In this document: piece after piece, positions 1 through 8,397 of the stretch
How positions within the stretch are numbered: the stretch's first letter is position 1
Layout of the letters: every line of letters begins with the position of its first letter
Source: Candidatus Nanohaloarchaea archaeon
Lineage (GTDB): Archaea > Nanohalarchaeota > Nanosalinia > Nanosalinales > Nanosalinaceae
DNA: 15,677 nucleotides
Direction of reading: 5' to 3'
Assembly: GCA_041640075.1 (NCBI GenBank)
Contig: JBEQAY010000025.1
Span: forward strand, 1-15,677
The notes under the pieces: model-generated
What the model was told of the DNA's origin: nothing
The model's database searches: none
Seen by the model: only the letters and a program-made list of their open reading frames with translations
Program-made: the position numbers and the translations under genes

Positions 1-368
1 ATATCCTCGTCGTGTACAGGACGTAGAGGTGTGTGGCAGAAACCTATCAGTGGTTTGGAGTGGTTCCTGTAGTTTATGACCTCTGCGACCCCTCCTGTGG
101 AGACTACCAGTGCGTCGTGTTTCTTCATTGGTAGTTTGGAGAGCATTGCTGCGAGTGTGAATGTTGCGCCTCTGAAGATCTCTCCTATTATCGGTAGTCC
201 ACCTAGCTCCACCACTTCGTGTTCTTCAAACTCCGAGTAAGTATCTTCTGGAACGTACTTGTTAGTATATATTGTGATATCGTGCTCGCTGTTTTCCAGC
301 AGCTTGAGCAGTACTTTTTCTCCACCGCCTTTGCAGTGGATCCATGCGTGGTAAATCGCCAGGTCCAT
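1..368 (-). CDS. Glycosyltransferase family 4 (GT-B) protein, N-terminal part; runs off the left edge
   Basis: Manual translation from ATG at 368 (not in ORF track): MDLAIYHAWIHCKGGGEKVLLKLLENSEHDITIYTNKY...HDALVVSTGG...LIGFCHTPLRP. It has the GT4 N-terminal 'GG.E' motif and a 'CHTP.R' motif, and stays open to the window edge. Confidence 0.85.
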   Translation of the reverse strand, partial: MDLAIYHAWIHCKGGGEKVLLKLLENSEHDITIYTNKYVPEDTYSEFEEHEVVELGGLPIIGEIFRGATFTLAAMLSKLPMKKHDALVVSTGGVAEVINYRNHSKPLIGFCHTPLRPVHDED

Positions 369-432
369 TGTAGTAGAAGTTTTGTGCAGTGAAACTTCAA
401 GTTTCCTCCGATTTTCATGTGGATATGTTGTT

Positions 433-588
433 CTATGCCATGCTGGAGATAACCGAGAAGATGAACTTGAATACACCATGGACGAACCTGCCAAATCCCA
501 GGATGACTGCGGCGACAAGGTTGGCCATCATCCTGTGGCTGTCTTTTTCATCCGGGGACTTGAGTTTGTAGTTCGAGTGGTGGCTCAC
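433..588 (-). CDS. Putative 51-aa small membrane-associated protein
   Basis: 3' half of ORF 433..744. From GTG at 588 it reads MSHHSNYKLKSPDEKDSHRMMANLVAAVILGFGRFVHGVFKFIFSVISSMA, with a hydrophobic/amphipathic C-terminus. The longer start runs through an ORB element and is unlikely. Confidence 0.45.
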   Translation of the reverse strand: MSHHSNYKLKSPDEKDSHRMMANLVAAVILGFGRFVHGVFKFIFSVISSMA

Positions 589-672
589 TATATTACTGTA
601 CTGAAGTACAGTATTTTTCAATCCACCGAACACCAGAACTACAGCAGTTATTTGTTTTTTAACAGTAACATC

Positions 673-692
673 TCCACTTGAAATCAAGGGGT
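673..692 (+). promoter_or_regulatory. ORB element 1
   Basis: TCCACTTGAAATCAAGGGGT fits the archaeal ORB consensus (TCCAnTnGAAAy..AGGGG with G-string). Confidence 0.85.
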
Positions 693-956
693 CAGAAACC
701 GTTTTCTCGGAACTGGAAAAAACAAGCCGGCCTCTAAATTTCACCTGCTTTCTGAAAGACGAGGAAAATCTTTTGATCTGATATAGAAGTCCGGAAAGTT
801 TCGCGAAAAGTTCGAAAGACTGAAAGAATCAGTAACTGAAAAACAGAGTTACCAGAAGTAACCAGGTTGATATTGAAAAGAACTCGAGCTAGCTGGTTTA
901 TCTGAGGTTGGAGAATTTTGGGAGAAGAGAACTTGTTGTATGTGGTATCTGACCTA

Positions 957-979
957 CCACCCCTTGATTTCGAGTGGAA
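957..979 (-). promoter_or_regulatory. ORB element 2 (inverted)
   Basis: Reverse complement reads TTCCACTCGAAATCAAGGGGTGG; 19/20 identical to ORB1. Confidence 0.88.
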
Positions 980-1083
980 TAGAATCTCTGAAAACGATTT
1001 TCTGATTATAACAGAGATATAATTTTATTACAATGTTATAATATAATAACAGTGTTATATCTTTGTTTTTACAGTTAAGCTAA
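980..1083. other. AT-rich candidate duplex-unwinding element
   Basis: About 100 bp of strongly AT-rich sequence (e.g. ATATAATTTTATTACAATGTTATAATATAATAAC) between oppositely oriented ORB2 and ORB3. Confidence 0.7.
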
Positions 1084-1110
1084 GTTCCATATGAAATGAA
1101 GGGGTGGGGG
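1084..1110 (+). promoter_or_regulatory. ORB element 3 with extended G-string
   Basis: GTTCCATATGAAATGAAGGGGTGGGGG. Confidence 0.85.
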
Positions 1111-1114
1111 TTAA

Positions 1115-1167
1115 CCCGACCTTGACTTCAGGTGAAAAAGGATTATAAACCTTAGTTTCGAGTAGAA
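1115..1167 (-). promoter_or_regulatory. Two degenerate ORB-like elements (1115-1137 and 1147-1167) overlapping the cdc6 promoter
   Basis: Reverse complements read TTTCACCTGAAGTCAAGGTCGGG and TTCTACTCGAAACTAAGGTTT, resembling ORB2 but lacking a full G-string. Confidence 0.55.
1133..1149 (+). promoter_or_regulatory. Putative BRE-TATA promoter of the cdc6-polD transcript
   Basis: Purine-rich GAAAAAGG followed by TTATAAA (1143-1149); predicted TSS about 1172-1176. Confidence 0.6.
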
Positions 1168-1175
1168 GAATACGG

Positions 1176-1232
1176 ATGAAAACTGATCAAAATTCTGCTG
1201 ATTTTTCACTTGTTCGAGGTGGGGATTTCTGA
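1176..1232 (+). CDS. Putative leaderless 18-aa uORF (MKTDQNSADFSLVRGGDF)
   Basis: ATG lies at the expected TSS. Its TGA (1230-1232) overlaps an in-frame CTG (1229-1231) of cdc6. Confidence 0.3.
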   Translation: MKTDQNSADFSLVRGGDF

Positions 1233-1252
1233 CTCAGGGAGATCTCAAGTCC

Positions 1253-2440
1253 ATGTTTTCAAACTACCTTGAGCAGGAGTCTGCTTTCAAGAACAAGGAC
1301 GCACTTACACCTCAGTGGAAACCGGACGATATTCTTCACAGAGATCAGCAGATCAATGATCTTGCATCCATCCTTGCACCGGCACTGAAAGGCAATGATC
1401 CGAGCAACGTATTTCTGTACGGCTCGGTTGGTACCGGAAAAAGTTTGATTGTACAGCACGTTACAGAGGAGCTTCAGACAGTAGCAGAAAACGAGGACGT
1501 CGACCTCAATATACTGTATATCAACTGCAAGATGAAGAAGGTAGCTGACACAGAGTACCGTTTGCTTGCAAAGCTTGCCGAACAGCTCGGTGAAGACGTA
1601 CCAAGCACAGGTTTAGCTACAGAGGAGATCTACAACCGTTTCTTCGAGGCACTTCAGGGTATAGACGGTGTAGTAATTATTGCACTGGACGAGATAGACG
1701 CTTTAGTGAAGAAAGTCGGTGACGAGTTCCTCTACAATCTTACCAGGATAAATGATGATCTAGATACTACTAAGGTCTCTATCCTTGGTATCTCGAACGA
1801 TCTCAACTTCACAGAGTACATGGATTCACGTGTAAAGTCCAGTCTCTCTGAAGAGGAGATCATCTTCCCACCTTACAACGCTCTCGAGCTCAGGGAAATC
1901 CTGAAAGCAAGGACGGACGAAGCGTTTGTAGAGGGAGCACTCAAAGATGGAGTGATCTCCAAGTGTTCTGCTCTTGCAGCACACGAACACGGGGATGCCA
2001 GGAGAGCCCTGGATCTGCTTAGAGTAGCAGGAGAACTGGCTGAGAGAGGAGAACAGGAAAAAATCGGCAAAGAACACGTCGATATGGCCCAGGAGAAGAT
2101 TGAAAGAGATAGAGTGGTCGAGACAGTCAGGAATCAACCAAAGCAGTCGAAACTGGTACTTTACACCATACTGAATATTATTGAAGACGAGGAGGAAGAT
2201 GAGATCGCGACAGGAGATGTCTACAGCGAGTACAAGGAGATGTGCTCGGAACTTGATGTCTCAGAACTGACTCAGAGACGTGTTTCAGGTCTTATCTCCG
2301 AGCTGGATATGCTTGGTGTCATCAATGCCAAGGTAATAAGCAAAGGCCGTTACGGTCGTACACGTCAGATCAGTGTTGATCTTTCCGAAAATATCAGGAA
2401 CCAGATCGAGGAACTGGTTGAAGACAAGTTTTACGTATAG
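1253..2440 (+). CDS. cdc6: Orc1/Cdc6 replication initiator (start may extend to CTG at 1229)
   Basis: Walker A GSVGTGKS, Walker B IIALDEID, GDARRALDLL sensor-2 region, C-terminal winged helix (LTQRRVSGLISELDMLGVI...GRYGRT); adjacent to ORBs. Confidence 0.97.
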   Translation: MFSNYLEQESAFKNKDALTPQWKPDDILHRDQQINDLASILAPALKGNDPSNVFLYGSVGTGKSLIVQHVTEELQTVAENEDVDLNILYINCKMKKVADTEYRLLAKLAEQLGEDVPSTGLATEEIYNRFFEALQGIDGVVIIALDEIDALVKKVGDEFLYNLTRINDDLDTTKVSILGISNDLNFTEYMDSRVKSSLSEEEIIFPPYNALELREILKARTDEAFVEGALKDGVISKCSALAAHEHGDARRALDLLRVAGELAERGEQEKIGKEHVDMAQEKIERDRVVETVRNQPKQSKLVLYTILNIIEDEEEDEIATGDVYSEYKEMCSELDVSELTQRRVSGLISELDMLGVINAKVISKGRYGRTRQISVDLSENIRNQIEELVEDKFYV

Positions 2441-2515
2441 TACTTGACCTTGAGGGGGGTCGAAAGTGATTAACAGCAAAAAAGAGATTCAAAGGAAATG
2501 GAGGGGTATATCTAG

Positions 2516-4144
2516 GTGAATGAAGAAGCAGTTAAACAGCTAACTAAGCAAGGATGCATGGTAGGCAAGGAAGCGGCAGAGGTACTTACAGAGGAAGACG
2601 TTGAAAGGATCACCGGGCTTGAAGCCACTCCGATGATTGTTTCAGGCGACATGATTACTTCTCTCAGGGAGAGGATGTCCCAGAAAGTTGTTGTAGGTTC
2701 TCAGGGAGGAACTGTAAAAGAGGAAATAGAGACAGAGGTAGAAGGAGAGGCATCAGTCGACAGAGTAGAGAAATCTCAGAACTCAGAATCAAAAGAAACT
2801 GTACAGCAGCCTCAGGAAAAAGATGAAGATAATTTAGATGATGCAGATGAGGTGGACAACGTTTTTGACAGGAAGTCGGCTCATTTCAGCAACGATAAAA
2901 CTGTAGTTTTACGTGACGACGGTACACGCGACCAGGTTGAGACCAAGGTAGAAGTGATGGACGACTACGATGTATCACGCGACGAGAAAGATGTACCAGA
3001 GTTCTTGCAGTACTACAATGACCGCTACGACAAGATGAAGAAGATGCTGATGCGCCGTTCAGAACTAAGATCAGCAACATCTGTTGAAAGGCTTGAGAGA
3101 AGGAGTGAAGGTGACGAAGCAGCTGTCGTCGGTATGGTGAAGGAGAAGTATTCTACTAACTCCGGAAAGTATATTGTAACTTTAGAGGATAAGACAGGTA
3201 CTTTCAAGGCGCTTGTAGATGAAAGAGAGGGCGACAAGATTGTACCGGACGAGATGATAGGAGTCAACGGCAGTATGGGAGGCGACATAATCTACGCTAA
3301 CTCAGTTATCAGGCCAGATCTTCCTATCCCTGACGGTGTTGAGACCACTAAAGATGAGATCAAGGCAGCCTATATCTCGGATCTGCACATAGGATCTGAA
3401 GATACTCTTCATGACCGACTTGACAGGTTCGCTGACTGGCTTGGAACAGAGGCAGCTTCTAACATCGGTTACCTGGTTATGCCAGGTGATGTAGTCGAGG
3501 GTGTTGGTGTTTACCCAGGACAGGAGGATGAGCTAGAGATAAAAGATATCTACAAGCAGTACGAGAAGTTTGAGAAGTGGATCGAGAAAGTACCGGAGGA
3601 TATACAGATAATCATAGGTCCTGGGAACCACGACATTGTTAGATTAGCTGAGCCACAGCCAAAGCTTACTGAAAACGTACTTTCAAGAGCTACAGATTTT
3701 AACAACGTTCATTTAGTGAACAACCCTCAAATGGTCAGGCTACACGGTATCAGGAGTAAAGGAATCAAGAACCTGATGTACCACGGCCACTCGTTCGACG
3801 AGCAGATTGATGCTATCAAAGAACTTCGTGAAAATGCTTATGAGGAACCTTACAGGGTTATGGTAGATCTCTTGAAGAGGAGACATCTTGCACCAACGTA
3901 TGGATCCAATCTGTTGAGCCCTGAAGGCGAGGACCATCTTGTTATCGATGAGAAGCCGGATGTTTTTGTCTCGGGACATCTTCACTCCCACTCGAACTAC
4001 AGTTACAAGGGTGTTAACGTGATCAATGCATCGACTTTCCAGGCGCAGACGGATTTCCAGAAACGTGTCGGCCACGAGCCGGATCCTGGTAAAGTCACGG
4101 TAGTCAACTACAAGAACAGGAATACCGAGGTGAAACAGTTCTGA
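2516..4144 (+). CDS. polB: DNA polymerase D small subunit DP1 (3'-5' exonuclease)
   Basis: OB-fold (LEDKTG...IVPDEMIGV) plus calcineurin-like motifs SDLHIGS, GDVVEG, GNHD, YHG, GHLH. GTG start preceded by GGAGGGG. Confidence 0.95.
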   Translation: MNEEAVKQLTKQGCMVGKEAAEVLTEEDVERITGLEATPMIVSGDMITSLRERMSQKVVVGSQGGTVKEEIETEVEGEASVDRVEKSQNSESKETVQQPQEKDEDNLDDADEVDNVFDRKSAHFSNDKTVVLRDDGTRDQVETKVEVMDDYDVSRDEKDVPEFLQYYNDRYDKMKKMLMRRSELRSATSVERLERRSEGDEAAVVGMVKEKYSTNSGKYIVTLEDKTGTFKALVDEREGDKIVPDEMIGVNGSMGGDIIYANSVIRPDLPIPDGVETTKDEIKAAYISDLHIGSEDTLHDRLDRFADWLGTEAASNIGYLVMPGDVVEGVGVYPGQEDELEIKDIYKQYEKFEKWIEKVPEDIQIIIGPGNHDIVRLAEPQPKLTENVLSRATDFNNVHLVNNPQMVRLHGIRSKGIKNLMYHGHSFDEQIDAIKELRENAYEEPYRVMVDLLKRRHLAPTYGSNLLSPEGEDHLVIDEKPDVFVSGHLHSHSNYSYKGVNVINASTFQAQTDFQKRVGHEPDPGKVTVVNYKNRNTEVKQF

Positions 4145-4217
4145 GATCGACTGGTTACGCTCGTTCGACACGCAATAAGCCACTCGAGGCGGCTTCCAAG
4201 AATTCTAAGGTGGTCAC

Positions 4218-7200
4218 ATGAAAACAGAGGAATACTTTGAAACTATAGAGGAAGAGACTGAGAAGGCCTACGACGTAGCTGAAGAGGCAAGAGATCAGTC
4301 TAAAGACCCTGAGCAGCGTGTTGATATCCCTGTTGCCCGTGACCTACCGGAAAAGGCTTCAAGCCTTGTAATAGCAGCTATGTTCAATGAACTGGAGAAT
4401 CAAGGTGTTCCTGACAGGATCAGAGATTTAGAAGATGAGTACGGTAAAAACGACGAGCGTGTAGCCTTCAAGATTGCCCGGGAGATAGCTCAGGGAGATT
4501 TCTACGAGTTCGACGACCTGGAGAGAGCCTGTGATGCAGGAATACGTGTCGGAGTTTCCTACATGACTGGAGGGATTACAACCGCTCCTCTTGAAGGAAT
4601 CAGGGATGTTATGATCCGGGAAAACAGTGACGGCTCGGAGTACATCGCAGTCTACTACGCTGGCCCAATCAGATCGGCTGGAGGAACAGCTTCAGCCATG
4701 TCCACCTTGCTTGCTGATTATGTGCGTATAGGTGTAGATCTTGACAAGTTCAAACCGTCAGAGACTATAGTGAACAGGTATGCTACAGAGGTCGACGATT
4801 ACTACAACCGTGTGACAGCGAAGCAGTACTATCCTGAACGTGAGGAGACGAAGAAGATCGCTGAGAACGTTCCTGTAGAGGTTACAGGTTCTGCTACAGA
4901 GAGTATAGAGGTTTCAAACTACAAGGACTTGGATAAAATCGATACTAACAGGATCAGAGGAGGTATGTGCCTCGTATACCTTGACGGCCTCCCGTTGAAG
5001 GCTTCGAAGATCAAGAAACGGATCGAGAAGTGGGGTGAGGATCTTGGACTTGAGCACTGGGAATGGGTTGAGGAGTACCTGGAGCTCCAGAAAGAGGTTC
5101 ACTCGGACTCGGATGATGACGAGGACGGAGAGGATAAAGAGAAGTCCAAGTATACTCCTTCCGACAAGTATCTTGGTTCTTTAACCGCAGGTAGACCTGT
5201 TTTCAGCCATCCAGGTGAAAAAGGAGGTTTCAGACTTCGCTACGGCCACTCCCGTACTAATGGTTTAGCAGCTGCTTCCTTCCATCCTGCGACGATGGAG
5301 ATAACTGAAAGGTTCATCGCTACAGGCACCCAGCTCAAGACAGAGTACCCTATGAAAGGAACTGTAGGAACTCCGTGTGATTCTATTCATCCACCGGTTG
5401 TACGCCTGGAATCTGGCGAGGTCCGGAAGGTTGAGACACGTGAAGAGGCGCGTGAGATAGAGAGCCAGGTAGATGAGATCCTTTTCCTGGGTGACATGCT
5501 GGTCGCCTTCGGAGAGTTCATTGAGAACGGGAAGAAACTTGTCCCATCACCTTACGTAGAAGAGTGGTGGGAGAAGGAACTGGAGAAAGAGCTGGAGGAG
5601 CAGGACGTGAAGCTTGGCCGCGATTTCTCAGACAGAGCTCCAAGCCCGGAGGAGGCCTTCAAGATATCCGAAACACTTGGTATGCCACTTCATCCGAAAT
5701 GGACTCATCACTGGCGTGAAACCTCCCCTACAAAGTTCAAGGCGCTTTACGAAGACTTGAGAAACGGCGAGATTAAGTCGCCAAAAGCCAAGAAATGCTT
5801 TGAAGATATACTTGCAGAACACTCTGAGGAACCAGACGGAGAGATTAAGGTAGAGGAAAAACAGCTCAGGACCATTAAAGAACTCCTCCAACCGGAGGAA
5901 GACAACTCTGAACTGCTTGAGAAGATTGAATCAGGAGAGGATATACCGGAGTTTATCGAAGAGGTTTCAGGTATCGAGGTAAGAGACCAGGCACCACACT
6001 ACTTCGGTGCACGTATGGGCCGCCCGGAGAAGGCACAGAAAAGAACCTTGAACGGCAATCCAATGCTTCTGTTCCCTTGCGGAAAGGAAGAAGGTGGCAG
6101 GATGCGTAACCTTAGCGCATCGTACACTAACACACTTCACGGAGACAAAGGTATCGTTAAAGAGTCCATCATACATAATAAATGTCCTGAATGCGGGGAT
6201 ATAACGCATTACGCTTACTGCCGTGAGTGTCAGGTTCCTGCAGAGGAGAGATGGTTCTGCGCGAACTGCGGGAAGGATTTTGAAGAGGAACAGCACTCAT
6301 GCAGCAGCTGCGGAGGGGAAAGATTCCGACGCTACAGAGAAACAGAGTTCGACGTCAGGGAGATGATGGACGAAGCCATGGAGAACCTGGGTATGAGACA
6401 GAAACCTGATCTCCTGAAAAGCTTCAGAGGGATGACGTCAGAACATAAACACGTTGAACCTATCGAGAAAGGTTTACTCCGACAGAAATATGATTTATAC
6501 GTAAATAAGGATGCTACTGTAAGGTATGATGCTACAGACCTCCCGATGACTCATTTCAAGCCGAAGGAAATCGATGTTTCGGTAGAAAAGCTGAAGGAGA
6601 TGGGTTACACACATGACAAGGACGGCGAACCTCTTGAAGATCCAGACCAGGTCCTGGAGTTGAAGCCTCAGGATATTGTAATACCTGATTCAGACAATAC
6701 TCTATCCGCTGCGGACTACATGATGCGTGTCGCGAACTACGTTGACGATGAACTTGAACAGCTCTACGGCCTGGACTCATTCTACGACGTAGAGGATAAA
6801 GAGGACCTTGTAGGCCAGCTTGTAGTCGGGCTGGCACCTCACACGTCCGGAGGTACAGTAGGAAGAATAATAGGGTTTACAAATGCTAAAGGGATCTATG
6901 CTCATCCTTACTGGCATGCAGCAAAGAGGAGAAATGCTGATGGAGACGAAGACGCTATCATGCTTATGATGGACGGTCTCCTGAATTTTTCACGCCAGTT
7001 CCTGCCTGATATGGTTGGTGCCAGAACTATGGATGCTCCACTGATTTTATCCACTGTTTTGAATCCTGATGAGGTCGACGATGAGGCCTGGGCTACTGAG
7101 ACGGTTGATGAGTATCCATTGAGTTTCTATGAGGAGACTCTGGAGTATGTGAAGCCCTGGGAGATGGAGACGGATATCGAGATCGGTGAGGATATCGTTC

Positions 7201-7721
7201 ACTCTGATGAGCCGTTCAAGCACGGTTATACTCATGAATCGTCTACTGTTGAGGACGCGCCTAATCAGTCAGAGTACGTTACTTTGGATGAGATGAGTGA
7301 GAAGACTAGTGCACAGCTTGGACTTGGTAAGAAGACTAAAGCTGTGGATGAGGATAAGGTTGCGGAGCTTCTGCTGGATAAGCACTTTATCCCTGATATC
7401 AAAGGTAATTTGAGGAGTTTTTCGTCGCAGAAGATGCGTTGTGTGGACTGTAACGAGAAGTTCAGGCGTGTTCCTCTGACCAATCAGACTATTGCTCCCT
7501 CTGGTAAGGAGACTGCTCAGTGTCCTGAGTGTGATGGGAAGGTGCTTTTGACGATCTCCGAGGGCACTATCAAGAAGTATATGCAGCCTTCGAAGGATAT
7601 AGTGGACAGTTACGAGATCTCACCTTACAAGCGTCAGGAGGTCATGATCTTGAACAGGACCATTCAGTCCCTGTTTGGCAAGTCGAACCGGCAGTCAGGT
7701 CTGAAGCAGTTCACGGGGTAG
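4218..7721 (+). CDS. polC: DNA polymerase D large subunit DP2
   Basis: AGPIRSAGGT, GGFRLRYG, GARMGRPEKA, LAPHTSGG and catalytic RRNADGDED motifs; central and C-terminal CxxC zinc modules; C-terminal PIP-like QSGLKQF. No intein seen. Confidence 0.98.
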   Translation: MKTEEYFETIEEETEKAYDVAEEARDQSKDPEQRVDIPVARDLPEKASSLVIAAMFNELENQGVPDRIRDLEDEYGKNDERVAFKIAREIAQGDFYEFDDLERACDAGIRVGVSYMTGGITTAPLEGIRDVMIRENSDGSEYIAVYYAGPIRSAGGTASAMSTLLADYVRIGVDLDKFKPSETIVNRYATEVDDYYNRVTAKQYYPEREETKKIAENVPVEVTGSATESIEVSNYKDLDKIDTNRIRGGMCLVYLDGLPLKASKIKKRIEKWGEDLGLEHWEWVEEYLELQKEVHSDSDDDEDGEDKEKSKYTPSDKYLGSLTAGRPVFSHPGEKGGFRLRYGHSRTNGLAAASFHPATMEITERFIATGTQLKTEYPMKGTVGTPCDSIHPPVVRLESGEVRKVETREEAREIESQVDEILFLGDMLVAFGEFIENGKKLVPSPYVEEWWEKELEKELEEQDVKLGRDFSDRAPSPEEAFKISETLGMPLHPKWTHHWRETSPTKFKALYEDLRNGEIKSPKAKKCFEDILAEHSEEPDGEIKVEEKQLRTIKELLQPEEDNSELLEKIESGEDIPEFIEEVSGIEVRDQAPHYFGARMGRPEKAQKRTLNGNPMLLFPCGKEEGGRMRNLSASYTNTLHGDKGIVKESIIHNKCPECGDITHYAYCRECQVPAEERWFCANCGKDFEEEQHSCSSCGGERFRRYRETEFDVREMMDEAMENLGMRQKPDLLKSFRGMTSEHKHVEPIEKGLLRQKYDLYVNKDATVRYDATDLPMTHFKPKEIDVSVEKLKEMGYTHDKDGEPLEDPDQVLELKPQDIVIPDSDNTLSAADYMMRVANYVDDELEQLYGLDSFYDVEDKEDLVGQLVVGLAPHTSGGTVGRIIGFTNAKGIYAHPYWHAAKRRNADGDEDAIMLMMDGLLNFSRQFLPDMVGARTMDAPLILSTVLNPDEVDDEAWATETVDEYPLSFYEETLEYVKPWEMETDIEIGEDIVHSDEPFKHGYTHESSTVEDAPNQSEYVTLDEMSEKTSAQLGLGKKTKAVDEDKVAELLLDKHFIPDIKGNLRSFSSQKMRCVDCNEKFRRVPLTNQTIAPSGKETAQCPECDGKVLLTISEGTIKKYMQPSKDIVDSYEISPYKRQEVMILNRTIQSLFGKSNRQSGLKQFTG

Positions 7722-7764
7722 AGTACCCACAGTTTATTTAGTTTTGCAGCTTTACTGTTTTTCT

Positions 7765-8295
7765 ATGGATCAACAAGTTGAACTGAAGGAGGTTATGACG
7801 GAAGGCGTCATCGCCATTGAAAAAGAAGAAACAGTTATAGAGGCTTCAAAACTGCTCAGAGATGAGGAGATCAGAGGTCTTGTGGTGGTGGATGACGAAG
7901 ATGCTGTAGGTGTTGTCGTCTGCCGTGATATAGTATATCAGGTCGTTGCACAGGGTGAAAACCCTGCAGAGACTACAGTAGCGGATATAATGAGCACAGA
8001 CCTTATAGTTGCCGAGGAGGACGAGTACCTGGATGATGTTGCGATGGCTATGAGCCAGAACAACGTATCCCGAGTGCCTGTAGTGCGTGGAGACATGCTG
8101 GTCGGTATTGTAACTCAGTCAGATATCCTGCGTGCGTGGCCTGGCTTCGCAGAGATCATGTCAGAGGACATCGAGATGGAGGCAGAGGCTTCACCACGGG
8201 AGAGAACGCAGTCAGGTGTCTGCGACGAGTGTGACAACTACTCGGAGAACCTTGTAGAGATCGAAGGCAGACATCTCTGCGAGGAGTGCAGGTAA
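7765..8295 (+). CDS. CBS-pair domain protein with C-terminal zinc ribbon
   Basis: Two CBS repeats (VMTEGVIAI...VGVV; IMSTDLIV...RVPVV...LVGIVTQSDI) and CDEC...CEEC tail. ATG 7765 preferred over TTG 7744 because TTTATTTA at 7733-7740 places a leaderless TSS there. Confidence 0.9.
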   Translation: MDQQVELKEVMTEGVIAIEKEETVIEASKLLRDEEIRGLVVVDDEDAVGVVVCRDIVYQVVAQGENPAETTVADIMSTDLIVAEEDEYLDDVAMAMSQNNVSRVPVVRGDMLVGIVTQSDILRAWPGFAEIMSEDIEMEAEASPRERTQSGVCDECDNYSENLVEIEGRHLCEECR

Positions 8296-8309
8296 AACCT
8301 GTTTCCTAA

Positions 8310-8319
8310 TTTTTCTTTT
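8310..8319 (+). terminator. Oligo-T archaeal terminator candidate after the CBS gene
   Basis: TTTTTCTTTT 14 nt after the stop codon. Confidence 0.45.
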
Positions 8320-8364
8320 CTATTTGAATCTGATTTCTCAAGAAGGTTCATTTTCTGCTGATAG

Positions 8365-8385
8365 TTTTTTACACGGAGCCGTGTA
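8365..8385 (+). promoter_or_regulatory. TATA-like element plus perfect palindrome (operator candidate) of the triplet operon
   Basis: TTTTTTA (8365-8371) overlaps TACACGG-AG-CCGTGTA (8370-8385), which ends 12 nt before ATG 8398. Confidence 0.5.
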
Positions 8386-8397
8386 TAGTTTAGTTGT

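Larger units (their letters stand above)
673..1167. other. Chromosomal replication origin (oriC) adjacent to cdc6/orc1
   Basis: Non-coding region with three strong and two degenerate ORB elements and an AT-rich segment, directly upstream of cdc6-DP1-DP2. Protein-gene orientation switches here (minus on the left, plus on the right). Confidence 0.9.

Noticed and set aside
405..424. Mini-ORB-like ATCCACATGAAAATCGGAGG (minus strand) near the GT4 promoter
   Set aside because: Core matches but spacing and G-string are off, and it is separated from the origin; too weak to call.
785..865. GAAA-rich and AGT(A/T)AC short repeats in the origin spacer as a CRISPR or iteron array
   Set aside because: Units are too short and irregular, with no constant repeat-spacer periodicity.
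2441..2460. ORB-like TACTTGACCTTGAGGGGGGT between cdc6 and DP1
   Set aside because: G-string present but the TCCA...GAAA core is missing.
4177..4195. AAGCC...GGCTT hairpin between DP1 and DP2
   Set aside because: Only 5 bp, no T-tract; expected by chance.
7020..7600. Local shift to T-ending codons in late polC as a sign of recombination
   Set aside because: Protein is continuous and conserved, no boundaries are visible, and it cannot be quantified by eye.
4218..7721. Intein or inactivation in DP2 (RRNADGDED instead of RRNCDGDED)
   Set aside because: Length is normal, no intein termini or LAGLIDADG motifs are visible, and the catalytic aspartates are intact.
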